64,000 bases of DNA from Escherichia coli 042. Lineage in GTDB: Bacteria > Pseudomonadota > Gammaproteobacteria > Enterobacterales > Enterobacteriaceae. How positions within the stretch are numbered: position 1 is the first letter of the stretch; every line of letters begins with the position of its first letter. Below are positions 36,237-47,366 of this stretch, piece after piece. The notes under the pieces were generated by a model. The model was not told the DNA's origin, searched no databases, and saw nothing but the letters and a program-made list of their open reading frames with translations. Location of the stretch: NCBI RefSeq assembly GCF_000027125.1, contig NC_017626.1; one strand, 5' to 3'. A program made the position numbers and the translations under genes.

Positions 36237-37778
36237 ATGCGTCTGGAAGTCTTTTGTGAAGACCGACTCGGTCTGACCCGCGAATTACTCGATCTACTCG
36301 TGCTAAGAGGCATTGATTTACGCGGTATTGAGATTGACCCCATTGGGCGAATCTACCTCAATTTTGCTGAACTGGAGTTTGAGAGTTTCAGCAGTCTGAT
36401 GGCCGAAATACGCCGTATTGCAGGTGTTACCGATGTGCGTACTGTCCCGTGGATGCCTTCTGAACGTGAGCATCTGGCGTTGAGCGCGTTACTGGAAGCG
36501 TTGCCTGAACCTGTGCTCTCTGTCGATATGAAAAGCAAAGTGGATATGGCGAACCCGGCGAGCTGTCAGCTTTTTGGGCAAAAATTGGATCGCCTGCGCA
36601 ACCATACCGCCGCACAATTGATTAACGGCTTTAATTTTTTACGCTGGCTGGAAAGCGAACCGCAGGATTCCCATAACGAGCATGTCGTTATTAATGGACA
36701 GAATTTCCTGATGGAGATTACGCCTGTTTATCTTCAGGATGAAAATGATCAACACGTCCTGACCGGTGCGGTGGTGATGCTGCGATCAACGATTCGTATG
36801 GGCCGTCAGTTGCAAAATGTCGCCGCCCAGGACGTCAGCGCCTTTAGTCAAATTGTCGCCGTCAGCCCGAAAATGAAGCATGTTGTCGAACAGGCGCAGA
36901 AACTGGCGATGCTAAGCGCGCCGCTGCTGATAACCGGTGATACCGGCACCGGAAAAGATCTCTTTGCGTATGCCTGTCATCAGGCAAGCCCACGCGCGGG
37001 CAAACCCTATCTGGCGCTGAACTGTGCTTCTATCCCGGAAGATGCGGTCGAGAGTGAATTGTTTGGTCATGCCCCGGAAGGGAAGAAAGGGTTCTTTGAG
37101 CAGGCGAACGGTGGTTCGGTACTGCTGGATGAAATAGGTGAGATGTCACCACGGATGCAGGCGAAATTACTGCGTTTCCTTAATGATGGCACTTTCCGTC
37201 GGGTTGGCGAAGACCATGAGGTGCATGTCGATGTGCGGGTGATTTGCGCTACGCAGAAGAATCTTGTCGAACTGGTGCAAAAAGGCGTGTTCCGTGAAGA
37301 TCTCTATTATCGTCTGAACGTGTTGACGCTCAATCTGCCGCCGCTACGTGACTGTCCGCAGGACATCATGCCGTTAACCGAGCTGTTCGTCGCCCGCTTT
37401 GCCGACGAGCAGGGCGTGCCGCGTCCGAAACTGGCCGCTGACCTGAATACTGTACTTACGCGTTATGCGTGGCCGGGAAATGTGCGGCAGTTAAAGAACG
37501 CTATTTATCGCGCACTGACACAACTGGACGGTTATGAGCTGCGTCCACAGGATATTTTGTTACCGGATTATGACGCCGCAACGGTAGCCGTGGGCGAAGA
37601 TGCGATGGAAGGTTCGCTGGACGAAATCACCAGCCGTTTTGAACGCTCGGTATTAACCCAGCTTTATCGCAATTATCCCAGCACGCGCAAACTGGCAAAA
37701 CGCCTGGGCGTTTCGCATACCGCGATTGCCAATAAGTTGCGGGAATATGGTCTGAGTCAGAAGAAGAACGAAGAGTAA
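36237..37778 (+). CDS. tyrR: Transcriptional regulator TyrR (ACT-PAS-AAA+-HTH)
   Basis: 513 aa from MRLEVFCEDRLGLTRELLDLL...; sigma54-interaction-like AAA+ core. Confidence 0.95.
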   Translation: MRLEVFCEDRLGLTRELLDLLVLRGIDLRGIEIDPIGRIYLNFAELEFESFSSLMAEIRRIAGVTDVRTVPWMPSEREHLALSALLEALPEPVLSVDMKSKVDMANPASCQLFGQKLDRLRNHTAAQLINGFNFLRWLESEPQDSHNEHVVINGQNFLMEITPVYLQDENDQHVLTGAVVMLRSTIRMGRQLQNVAAQDVSAFSQIVAVSPKMKHVVEQAQKLAMLSAPLLITGDTGTGKDLFAYACHQASPRAGKPYLALNCASIPEDAVESELFGHAPEGKKGFFEQANGGSVLLDEIGEMSPRMQAKLLRFLNDGTFRRVGEDHEVHVDVRVICATQKNLVELVQKGVFREDLYYRLNVLTLNLPPLRDCPQDIMPLTELFVARFADEQGVPRPKLAADLNTVLTRYAWPGNVRQLKNAIYRALTQLDGYELRPQDILLPDYDAATVAVGEDAMEGSLDEITSRFERSVLTQLYRNYPSTRKLAKRLGVSHTAIANKLREYGLSQKKNEE

Positions 37779-37784
37779 GCGCGA

Positions 37785-37818
37785 ATATGCCTGATGGTGC
37801 AACACCATCAGGCATATT
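37785..37818. terminator. Bidirectional terminator between convergent tyrR and tpx
   Basis: Long perfect hairpin aatatgcctgatggtg-caa-caccatcaggcatatt. Confidence 0.65.
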
Positions 37819-37821
37819 AAC

Positions 37822-38328
37822 TTATGCTTTCAGTACAGCCAGAGCTGCTTCGTAATCCGGCTCGGTGGTGATTTCATCCACCAGCTGGCTGAAAATCACA
37901 TTGTCATTTTCATCAATAACCACAACGGCACGCGCTGCCAGACCTTTCAGTGGGCCATCAGCAATTGCCACACCGTAGGCTTGCAGGAATTCAGCGTTAC
38001 GGAAAGTGGAGAGGGTGATAACGTTGTTCAGACCTTCTGCGCCGCAGAAACGAGACTGGGCGAACGGCAGATCGGCAGAGATACACAGCACAACGGTGTT
38101 GTCGATCTCGGTTGCCAGTTGGTTAAACTTACGTACTGATGCGGCGCAAACACCGGTATCAATACTCGGGAAAATGTTCAGCACTTTGCGTTTACCCGCA
38201 AACTGACCGAGGGTGACGTCAGACAGATCTTTTGCCACGAGAGTAAAAGTCTGCGCTTTGCTACCCGCCTGCGGGATGGAATTGGCGACTGTAACCGAGT
38301 TGCCCTGGAAATGAACGGTTTGTGACAT
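37822..38328 (-). CDS. tpx: Thiol peroxidase
   Basis: 168 aa; peroxiredoxin catalytic Cys region (IDTGVCAAS). Confidence 0.95.
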   Translation of the reverse strand: MSQTVHFQGNSVTVANSIPQAGSKAQTFTLVAKDLSDVTLGQFAGKRKVLNIFPSIDTGVCAASVRKFNQLATEIDNTVVLCISADLPFAQSRFCGAEGLNNVITLSTFRNAEFLQAYGVAIADGPLKGLAARAVVVIDENDNVIFSQLVDEITTEPDYEAALAVLKA

Positions 38329-38436
38329 GATTATCTTTCCTGTTTACATATAGTTAACGTCACACCTAGTTTATGCTAACTGTCAATAACACAGCAAACG
38401 CTATTTGCGCTTAATCCGCAGACCACCGCGACAACA

Positions 38437-39386
<950 letters not shown>

Positions 39387-39412
<26 letters not shown>

Positions 39413-40115
39413 GATGCCAGCGCAGCAAGTTTGCCATCGCAAAGATATATTTTTCGCTGGCTTCGTCGGAGGAGATGGGCGGAAACTCTGCGGTGATGCA
39501 ATGCAGGTTGAGATCCGCACACCAACTACCGAAAGAGCCAGGCGTTTCATAACCGACGCTGGTTACCAGAGGCAATTCAAACGCCTGGGCCAGCCATTCA
39601 CCTAATTCGCTGTGTCTGGGATCTTCAATACAGGCCAGCGGATCGTGGAATGAGACCACCCAGGCAGGTTGAATGCGGTGTATAAGCTGGCACAGCGCCT
39701 GGGTTTCAGGTTCGGAGCCAGGTTTGTCACCTGTCAGCAATACGACATCACGTTCTTCAGCGGCGCTGTTCCAGCGATAAACGGTTTCACCTTCCTTCCA
39801 GTTCGCCGCCGGAAAGTTTCTGTTTAAATCCACACCATTAGCATTGGCCCGTAACCCCAACTGGCAGCCGTCAGGATTCACACACAGCACCACATGATGA
39901 CGGCGCAAAGAAGGTGTCAACGTCCGCAGAGCACAGGAGAGCGTGACGACCGAAGAGTTTTCATCACCGTGAGTGCCAGCCAGAATCAAACCACTTTCGC
40001 GGCTGGCTGCAGGGGCAGGAAACCAGATTAACGGCGCGCCCAATAATGAACGTCCGTAATGTTCTGTTCCGGGCGGAAATGCGCCGCGTTCGGCGCGTGG
40101 GCGAGTTACGGTCAT
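39387..40115 (-). CDS. mpaA: Murein peptide amidase A (zinc carboxypeptidase family)
   Basis: 242 aa from MTVTRPRAERGAFPPG...; convergent with ycjG and overlapping its 3' end. Confidence 0.88.
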
Positions 40116-40405
40116 GATCGTCTCTGGTTCAGGAAGTATTACAGGCAGTGTTGTGCAAATTTTGCGGATTATCAAATCCTTTTCTTCAACGCTATGTCAT
40201 CGATCTTGTATCACTTTTTTGCCGGAAGTTGTTTGCATTTTCATTGATGTGCAGATATTAGAATTGTCGTAATGTTATATACATGGCGTATTTTATTCTT
40301 ACTGGTTCTACACATGTTAATCGCATCTGATTGATCAGTTCACCTTAATAAGTTTAATAAATCGTACTGCACATAGTACAGTACGATGGTAGCTATATAA
40401 TTGAT

Positions 40406-41044
40406 TTACATGAAGAATGGCTTATCGCCATCAGTCCCGGGTTGATTGATGCCTATATTCTCACCAATGTGTTTCTCAGGTTTATCGATGATATCTGTAA
40501 TTAATGCTGCGACACTCTTACGTGATACGATCGTACCTTTGAATGGTTCATTGCGTGAGGTAAGCTCATAATCAATAATATCTTCATCAGTCAGCCAGGC
40601 AGGGCGAAGAATTGTATATTCCAGTCCAGAAGCCTCAATTGCATCCGCAGCCCTGCGGAATGGTTTTAGGGGCTCACCAATAACTGCATTATTCCATTCG
40701 CCAAATTTTCCTGGAACTTCATCATAAATACCGAGGGAAAGAACAAAGATCAGACGTTTAACATCACAGGCTTTCATCGCAGCGATCACTGAATTTGCCT
40801 GAATATCTAAATCTTCCCCCGTAAGGTTGGCATACACAACATCCTGTCCCTGCATGGCCTGCTTCAGTGCTGCATGATTCAGTACATCCCCCATAATAAT
40901 CTTGCTATTAGTTGGATAGGGTTTGTGGATTTTTGCTGGCTGACGGGCAAATAAAGTTTGTTTAATGGTTTGTTTATCTGCCAGTTGATTAATCACATGG
41001 CGGGCTATCTGACCGCCAGCACCAAGAATCAGTACATTTTTCAT
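40406..41044 (-). CDS. ymjC: NAD(P)-binding (NmrA/SDR-like) protein, apparently intact
   Basis: 212-aa ORF with N-terminal Rossmann motif (ILGAGGQIARHV); assigned by position between mpaA and ycjY. Confidence 0.7.
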   Translation of the reverse strand: MKNVLILGAGGQIARHVINQLADKQTIKQTLFARQPAKIHKPYPTNSKIIMGDVLNHAALKQAMQGQDVVYANLTGEDLDIQANSVIAAMKACDVKRLIFVLSLGIYDEVPGKFGEWNNAVIGEPLKPFRRAADAIEASGLEYTILRPAWLTDEDIIDYELTSRNEPFKGTIVSRKSVAALITDIIDKPEKHIGENIGINQPGTDGDKPFFM

Positions 41045-41114
41045 GAAACTTTTCCCAGATTATTGGCAGCAATATGCCAGGCCATATCACTATTACGGAT
41101 TTGAATATGTTTCA

Positions 41115-42047
41115 TTACAGAGTTTCCTCAAAGAACGGCGCTAATACTGAAATTGCTTCAGCCACATAGACTTTGCCGTCATAAAGAACCATATGGTTTG
41201 CGCCTTCAACAATGTGATAGCGTTTATCCTGGCTTGATGCTCGATCGTACAGGTCGTCACTCATCCATTTGCTCCCTGCCTGGCTGCCCGCCACAATCTG
41301 TATCGGCTGAGTCAGGTACACTTCCGCCATATGGTAAGCATCATAGGTAATAATCTGGTTAAGGCTGCGCAAAGTAGCGTAACCCGGTGCTGTTGGATAC
41401 TGCGCGCGAGGGGTGTGGTAATACTCCCAGGCCTGACGCAGTTCTTCGTTCGGCGCATCGGACTCCTTCATTGGTGCCAGTGGCATGGTGGCGTATTCTC
41501 CGCTGCTAATATCGCTGGTTCGGGCGTTTGAACCCGCGTCAACGTATGGTAGGGCATCAATAGATTTCACATTGTTTTCCCAACCATTACGGAACATCGA
41601 ACCAATATTGACCGCACTAACAGTACCGATGGCCTTGATGCGGCGATCCTGAATTGCAGCATTGGCTGTATATCCTGCACCGGCACAAATTCCCATCGCA
41701 CCAATTCGGCTATTGTCGACATAAGAAAGCGTTGTCAGATAATCAATCACGGCACTGACGTCTTCAGTACGAATGTATGGGTTTTCTAACTGACGCGGCT
41801 CGCCGCCGCTTTCACCTTGATAAGATGCGTCATAAGCAATAGTGACAAATCCCTTTTCCGCCAGTTTTTCGGCATAGGTTCCAGCCGTTTGCTCTTTAAC
41901 GCCCCCACCTGGGTGAGATACCACAATTGCCGGATACTGACGGGTTTCATCAAATTTTGGAGGGAAATAGATCACTGCAGACAAAGAGATGGTTGGATTA
42001 TTGCTGTTAGTGAAGCTGACTTTATTATTCATCATTCCGTTCCTCAT
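41115..42047 (-). CDS. ycjY: Alpha/beta hydrolase
   Basis: 310-aa ORF (true start may be a few codons downstream); nucleophile-elbow-like GICAGAG. Confidence 0.85.
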   Translation of the reverse strand: MRNGMMNNKVSFTNSNNPTISLSAVIYFPPKFDETRQYPAIVVSHPGGGVKEQTAGTYAEKLAEKGFVTIAYDASYQGESGGEPRQLENPYIRTEDVSAVIDYLTTLSYVDNSRIGAMGICAGAGYTANAAIQDRRIKAIGTVSAVNIGSMFRNGWENNVKSIDALPYVDAGSNARTSDISSGEYATMPLAPMKESDAPNEELRQAWEYYHTPRAQYPTAPGYATLRSLNQIITYDAYHMAEVYLTQPIQIVAGSQAGSKWMSDDLYDRASSQDKRYHIVEGANHMVLYDGKVYVAEAISVLAPFFEETL

Positions 42048-42172
42048 GGAGTTGTCGGTTCGTTTTAACGGTTGGTGATATCACTATAGATATTGATCAT
42101 TAAGTTGATTAGACCCAAAATCATGATTAGACCTATCATTTAAATGATTAATAGATTGTATGGAGATACTGA

Positions 42173-43072
42173 ATGAAGCGTGAAGAAATCGCTGATCTGA
42201 TGGCGTTTGTCGTCGTTGCAGAGGAGCGTAGCTTCACTCGCGCAGCAGCCCGCCTGAGCATGGCGCAGTCAGCTTTAAGCCAGATAGTGCGCCGTATAGA
42301 AGAACGATTGGGATTGCGGCTTCTGACACGAACCACGCGCAGCGTTGTACCCACTGAAGCGGGCGAGCATCTTTTGTCTGTTCTTGGCCCTATGTTGCAT
42401 GACATAGATTCTGCCCTGACATCCCTGAGCGATCTGCAGAACCGCCCATCCGGGACAATACGTATTACTACTGTAGAACATGCAGCAAAAACGATATTGT
42501 TACCAGCTATGCGCACATTCCTGAAATCGCATCCTGAAATTGATATCCAGCTTACCATTGATTATGGTTTGACCGATGTCGTTTCTGAACGTTTTGATGC
42601 AGGCGTCCGTCTGGGTGGGGAGATGGATAAAGATATGATCGCCATTCGAATCGGGCCAGATATACCAATGGCTATTGTTGGCTCACCGGATTATTTTTCT
42701 CGTCGAAGTGCTCCAACGTCAGTGTCACAATTAATAGATCATCAGGCAATTAATTTGTATCTTCCCACATCGGGTACAGCAAATCGCTGGAGATTAATAC
42801 GCGGTGGACGTGAAGTTCGTGTTCGCATGGAAGGTCAGCTTTTACTGAATACGATAGACCTGATCATTGATGCTGCAATTGATGGGCATGGATTGGCGTA
42901 TCTACCTTATGATCAGGTTGAGCGGGCTATTAAAGAAAAAAAACTGATACGTGTTTTGGATAAATTCACACCAGATTTACCCGGTTATCACCTGTACTAT
43001 CCACACCGTCGACATGCTGGCTCGGCATTCTCATTATTTATAGATAGGCTGAAGTATAAAGGTGCTGTTTAG
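42173..43072 (+). CDS. pgrR: LysR-type regulator PgrR (YcjZ)
   Basis: 299 aa; LysR HTH (FTRAAARLSMAQSALSQIVRRIE), divergent from ycjY. Confidence 0.9.
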   Translation: MKREEIADLMAFVVVAEERSFTRAAARLSMAQSALSQIVRRIEERLGLRLLTRTTRSVVPTEAGEHLLSVLGPMLHDIDSALTSLSDLQNRPSGTIRITTVEHAAKTILLPAMRTFLKSHPEIDIQLTIDYGLTDVVSERFDAGVRLGGEMDKDMIAIRIGPDIPMAIVGSPDYFSRRSAPTSVSQLIDHQAINLYLPTSGTANRWRLIRGGREVRVRMEGQLLLNTIDLIIDAAIDGHGLAYLPYDQVERAIKEKKLIRVLDKFTPDLPGYHLYYPHRRHAGSAFSLFIDRLKYKGAV

Positions 43073-43408
43073 CACTACTTGCTGATACATTAATTTAATT
43101 CTTCTCTTAACGTATTCTCAGTTCCTTTCAACGTTTTGGTCATTTTTTATTCTTCGTACAATGGCGACAGATGCTGATTATGATACCGAAAACGGGTTTG
43201 AACGTGCGAAGCCCGAACGTAGTGTTCGGAGTTCTATGTGCTTTACCGCATTTTGGAGACTATTATTTACACTAAATCTGATTTGATATATTGATACTTA
43301 AAACATTTGATGCTTCCTTTGTCACTTTTTTGATGGAAGTTGTTTGCATTTCTTTAAGGCGAAACAAATAATTACGCATCAATTTTAATGTCGGTTAGAG
43401 GGAAACTT

Positions 43409-45022
43409 ATGAAGCACTCTGTTTCAGTCACGTGTTGTGCGCTGTTGGTCAGCAGCATTTCTCTTTCGTATGCTGCAGAAGTTCCGAGCGGCACAGTACT
43501 GGCAGAGAAGCAGGAGCTGGTGCGCCACATTAAAGATGAGCCTGCGTCGCTGGATCCCGCTAAAGCCGTGGGCCTGCCAGAGATTCAGGTCATTCGCGAT
43601 CTGTTTGAAGGACTGGTGAATCAGAACGAGAAAGGGGAGATTGTCCCCGGCGTTGCGACTCAGTGGAAAAGTAATGACAACCGTATCTGGACATTTACCT
43701 TGCGCGATAACGCAAAATGGGCGGATGGCACACCGGTAACGGCGCAAGATTTTGTCTACAGCTGGCAACGTCTGGTGGCCCCAAAAACATTGTCGCCATT
43801 TGCATGGTTTGCCGCGCTGGCGGGAATCAACAACGCACAGGCGATTATTGATGGTAAAGCCACGCCTGACCAGCTTGGCGTCACCGCAGTTGATGCCCAT
43901 ACTTTGAAAATCCAGCTTGATAAACCGTTGCCGTGGTTTGTGAATTTAACCGCTAACTTTGCCTTCTTCCCGGTGCAAAAAGCCAACGTAGAAAGTAGTA
44001 AAGAGTGGACGAAACCCGGAAAACTGATCGGTAATGGCGCTTATGTTCTTAAAGAGCGCGTAGTCAATGAAAAACTGGTCGTGGTACCGAATACCCATTA
44101 TTGGGATAACGCCAAAACGGTGCTGCAAAAAGTGACCTTCCTGCCAATTAATCAGGAATCCGCAGCCACTAAGCGTTATCTCGCGGGGGATATTGATATC
44201 ACCGAATCCTTCCCGAAAAATATGTATCAGAAGCTGTTGAAGGATATTCCGGGGCAGGTTTATACGCCGCCGCAGCTCGGGACCTATTATTATGCGTTTA
44301 ACACGCAAAAAGGGCCGACGGCCGATCAGCGTGTTCGCCTGGCATTAAGTATGACGATAGATCGCCGCCTGATGACCGAAAAAGTGTTGGGGACGGGGGA
44401 AAAGCCAGCGTGGCATTTTACACCAGATGTTACTGCCGGTTTTACGCCGGAGCCTTCGCCGTTTGAACAAATGAGTCAGGAAGAACTGAATGCGCAGGCA
44501 AAAACTTTGTTGAGCGCAGCTGGTTATGGTCCGCAAAAACCGCTGAAGCTGACGCTTTTGTATAACACTTCAGAAAACCATCAAAAAATTGCGATTGCTG
44601 TAGCATCGATGTGGAAAAAGAACCTTGGCGTAGATGTTAAATTGCAGAATCAGGAATGGAAAACCTATATCGATAGCCGTAACACCGGCAATTTTGATGT
44701 TATCCGCGCCTCATGGGTAGGGGATTATAATGAACCCTCCACTTTCCTTACGTTGTTAACGTCAACGCATTCAGGGAATATTTCACGCTTTAACAATCCG
44801 GCATACGACAAAGTACTGGCCCAGGCATCAACGGAAAATACCGTTAAAGCGCGTAATGCCGATTACAATGCGGCAGAAAAAATCCTCATGGAGCAAGCAC
44901 CGATTGCACCAATTTATCAATATACCAATGGACGATTAATCAAGCCGTGGCTGAGAGGTTATCCCATTAATAACCCGGAAGATGTGGCGTACAGTCGGAC
45001 TATGTATATTGTGAAGCATTGA
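43409..45022 (+). CDS. mppA: Periplasmic murein tripeptide-binding protein
   Basis: 537 aa from MKHSVSVTCCALLVSSISLSYA; OppA-like family 5 SBP. Confidence 0.92.
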   Translation: MKHSVSVTCCALLVSSISLSYAAEVPSGTVLAEKQELVRHIKDEPASLDPAKAVGLPEIQVIRDLFEGLVNQNEKGEIVPGVATQWKSNDNRIWTFTLRDNAKWADGTPVTAQDFVYSWQRLVAPKTLSPFAWFAALAGINNAQAIIDGKATPDQLGVTAVDAHTLKIQLDKPLPWFVNLTANFAFFPVQKANVESSKEWTKPGKLIGNGAYVLKERVVNEKLVVVPNTHYWDNAKTVLQKVTFLPINQESAATKRYLAGDIDITESFPKNMYQKLLKDIPGQVYTPPQLGTYYYAFNTQKGPTADQRVRLALSMTIDRRLMTEKVLGTGEKPAWHFTPDVTAGFTPEPSPFEQMSQEELNAQAKTLLSAAGYGPQKPLKLTLLYNTSENHQKIAIAVASMWKKNLGVDVKLQNQEWKTYIDSRNTGNFDVIRASWVGDYNEPSTFLTLLTSTHSGNISRFNNPAYDKVLAQASTENTVKARNADYNAAEKILMEQAPIAPIYQYTNGRLIKPWLRGYPINNPEDVAYSRTMYIVKH

Positions 45023-45035
45023 TGTGATGGGAATT

Positions 45036-45059
45036 GGCGTTACCCTTGTGGATAACGCC
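45036..45059. terminator. Hairpin terminator between convergent mppA and ynaI
   Basis: ggcgtta-cccttgtgga-taacgcc inverted repeat. Confidence 0.5.
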
Positions 45060-45072
45060 AGTGATGTCTGAT

Positions 45073-46104
45073 TTAGCGACCCTGGTCCGGCGGTGTAATG
45101 TTATCCATATACAGCGTCTGGCTGGGGAAGGCAAAGTCCGCGCTGTGTGACTGTACAATATCGATAATCTTCAAATAAACGTCTTGCTGTGCAGCAAGCC
45201 ATTCAGCCCATACCGTGGTTTTGGTAAAGCAATAAACCATAATATTCAATGAGGAGTCAGCAAACTGGTTGAAATAAACCAGTAAGGTTTGTCGCTGGTC
45301 AATGGCCGGGTGATTTTTCAGCATCTCACGTACGGCTTCGACAATAACGCCCACTTTTGCCGCATCCTCATAACGTAAACCAATGGTCGTGGTAATGCGC
45401 CGGTTGGTCATTCGTCCTGGGTTTTCTACGCTGATTGACGAAAACAGCGAGTTCGGTACGTACAACGGACGATTATCAAAAGTCGTAATCTTGGTAATTC
45501 GCCAGCCAATTTCCGCTACTGTACCTTCGATATTTCTGTCCGGTGAACGGATCCAGTCGCCAATACTAAAAGGACGGTCGAAATAGAGCATAATCCCGGA
45601 AAAGAAGTTACTCAGAATATCTTTACCGGCCATACCGACAGCCAGACCACCAATACCACCAAAGGTCAACAAGCCAGAAAGGCTCATGCCGAAATGTTCG
45701 CCATAAAGCAGAACAAGCACAACAATAATGGTGATTTTGATGATACGCGACATAATCCGCGCACTGGTGATATCGCGACCTTTTTTAATCTGCTGTTTTT
45801 CAAACTGATTTATCAGCAGAAATAGTTTAATCGTCAGAATAACCGCAATCAGGGACGTACAGATAAAATCGATAACGCCTGGGGTGATAAATTTGAGTTT
45901 ATAGTTTTCTATAACATAATTAATGATGCTACCAACAGCACTGATAATTATGGTGTAGATTAAAAATTGCACCGCATGGAATAAAAATCCTTTTCTTTTA
46001 CGATTTCCGCGGCGAAACCAAAAGCTCATCAGAATCAATGCTGCGCAGCTACCGAAAATAATGACCAGATTAAGCGCATTATTTGTAAACAGTTCAGCGA
46101 TCAT
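45073..46104 (-). CDS. ynaI: MscS-family mechanosensitive channel
   Basis: 343 aa; MscS-like TM3 and beta domains. Confidence 0.9.
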   Translation of the reverse strand: MIAELFTNNALNLVIIFGSCAALILMSFWFRRGNRKRKGFLFHAVQFLIYTIIISAVGSIINYVIENYKLKFITPGVIDFICTSLIAVILTIKLFLLINQFEKQQIKKGRDITSARIMSRIIKITIIVVLVLLYGEHFGMSLSGLLTFGGIGGLAVGMAGKDILSNFFSGIMLYFDRPFSIGDWIRSPDRNIEGTVAEIGWRITKITTFDNRPLYVPNSLFSSISVENPGRMTNRRITTTIGLRYEDAAKVGVIVEAVREMLKNHPAIDQRQTLLVYFNQFADSSLNIMVYCFTKTTVWAEWLAAQQDVYLKIIDIVQSHSADFAFPSQTLYMDNITPPDQGR

Positions 46105-46347
46105 TGTTTTATCAGGCTCCTCCAGATAATTGTCGTCATGCCGGAAACCCCTGGCGGGGCTATTTTACCGCGACAATTCATTCAGATCATCAATAGTCAG
46201 GGAAGGAAGTAGCAACATTAGCTAACTAATCAATGCGTTGATTGTAAATCCAGCTAAGAGGTGAGGTTTTCAGAGCAGACAACGGTAAAATGTCATGGTA
46301 TTGTTATGTTTAGGTAACAAGAAATTTGTCTGCACAAGGATTACATC

Positions 46348-46605
46348 ATGATTATGGCGAAACTGAAGTCAGCGAAAGGGAAGAAATTTCTCTTTGGTTT
46401 GTTGGCGGTTTTCATTATTGCGGCGTCGGTTGTGACTCGCGCGACCATCGGCGGCGTGATAGAACAGTACAATATTCCGCTGTCTGAGTGGACGACATCA
46501 ATGTATGTGATTCAGTCATCGATGATTTTTGTTTATAGCCTGGTCTTTACTGTGTTACTGGCAATCCCGTTGGGAATTTATTTCCTTGGCGGCGAAGAGC
46601 AGTAA
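46348..46605 (+). CDS. ynaJ: Small membrane protein YnaJ
   Basis: 85 aa, two predicted TM helices. Confidence 0.8.
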   Translation: MIMAKLKSAKGKKFLFGLLAVFIIAASVVTRATIGGVIEQYNIPLSEWTTSMYVIQSSMIFVYSLVFTVLLAIPLGIYFLGGEEQ

Positions 46606-46616
46606 GTAAATAAATA

Positions 46617-46641
46617 TCCTCCGGCATAGCCGGAGGTTTTT
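46617..46641 (+). terminator. Rho-independent terminator of ynaJ
   Basis: cctccggc-ata-gccggagg hairpin followed by tttttc. Confidence 0.65.
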
Positions 46642-47320
46642 CAAATGCGCCTATAAGGCTCTCTTACCAGCCGCGCCCTAACAGGCGCACACGATCTGAC
46701 ATTTGCATCCAACTTCGTTACTTACGGCCCGTAAACGGGCTGCCCGGATAGGGAATCGATAACTGCTCTCCCATTTTATCCTCTTCAAGCTGGTGCTTTA
46801 TGTAATCCTGTATCTTCGCCGTGTTCTTACCCACCGTATCGACGTAATACCCTCTGCACCAGAACTCCCTGTTCCTGTATTTGAATTTCAAATCACCAAA
46901 CTGCTCGTAAAGCATCAGACTGCTTTTCCCTTTCAGATATCCCATAAAGCCTGATACGCTCATTTTGGGCGGGATCTCCACAAGCATATGGATATGATCT
47001 GCACAGCATTCAGCTTCCAGAATCCGTACACTTTTCCACTCACACAGCTTTCTCAAAATACAGCCTATTGCTCTACGCTTCTCTCTGTAGAACACCTGTC
47101 TTCGGTATTTTGGCGCAAATACTATGTGATATTTACAGTTCCATCGGGTGTGCGCTAAGCTCTTTTCGTTCCCCATTGGGACCCCCTTTTGATTTCTTGT
47201 TTGACACTTGCAGTTGCCAGACCGCAAGGTGTTTTAACAAATCAAAAGGGGTTTTAATAACTGGCTCAAAGCTGAAAGCTTTCCGGAACCCCCAGCCTAG
47301 CTGGGGGTTTTCTGTGCACA
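46640..47320 (-). mobile_element. IS200-family (IS200/IS605) insertion sequence; boundaries approximate
   Basis: Contains an IS200-type tnpA; left-end hairpins on the IS strand (cccccagctaggctggggg at 47290-47308 and an RBS-sequestering inverted repeat ccccttttgattt / aaatcaaaagggg); lies between the ynaJ and uspE terminators. Confidence 0.8.
46718..47176 (-). CDS. tnpA: IS200-type Y1 (HUH) transposase TnpA
   Basis: 152 aa from MGNEKSLAHTRWNCKYHIVFAPKYRR...; HUH motif (ADHIHML) and catalytic Tyr region (RGYYVDTVG). Confidence 0.9.
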   Translation of the reverse strand: MGNEKSLAHTRWNCKYHIVFAPKYRRQVFYREKRRAIGCILRKLCEWKSVRILEAECCADHIHMLVEIPPKMSVSGFMGYLKGKSSLMLYEQFGDLKFKYRNREFWCRGYYVDTVGKNTAKIQDYIKHQLEEDKMGEQLSIPYPGSPFTGRK

Positions 47321-47346
47321 AAAAATAGGCCCGTTAACTCGGGCCT
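47321..47346 (-). terminator. Rho-independent terminator of uspE
   Basis: ggcccg-agttaa-cgggcc hairpin followed by a T-run on the minus strand, just downstream of the uspE stop. Confidence 0.6.
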
Positions 47347-47366
47347 TGTCAGTTATTGAAGAGTCG

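Noticed and set aside
47068-47328. 86-aa plus-strand ORF in the IS200 left end
   Set aside because: It covers the structured left end of the IS element (hairpins) antisense to the tnpA start and has no independent support.
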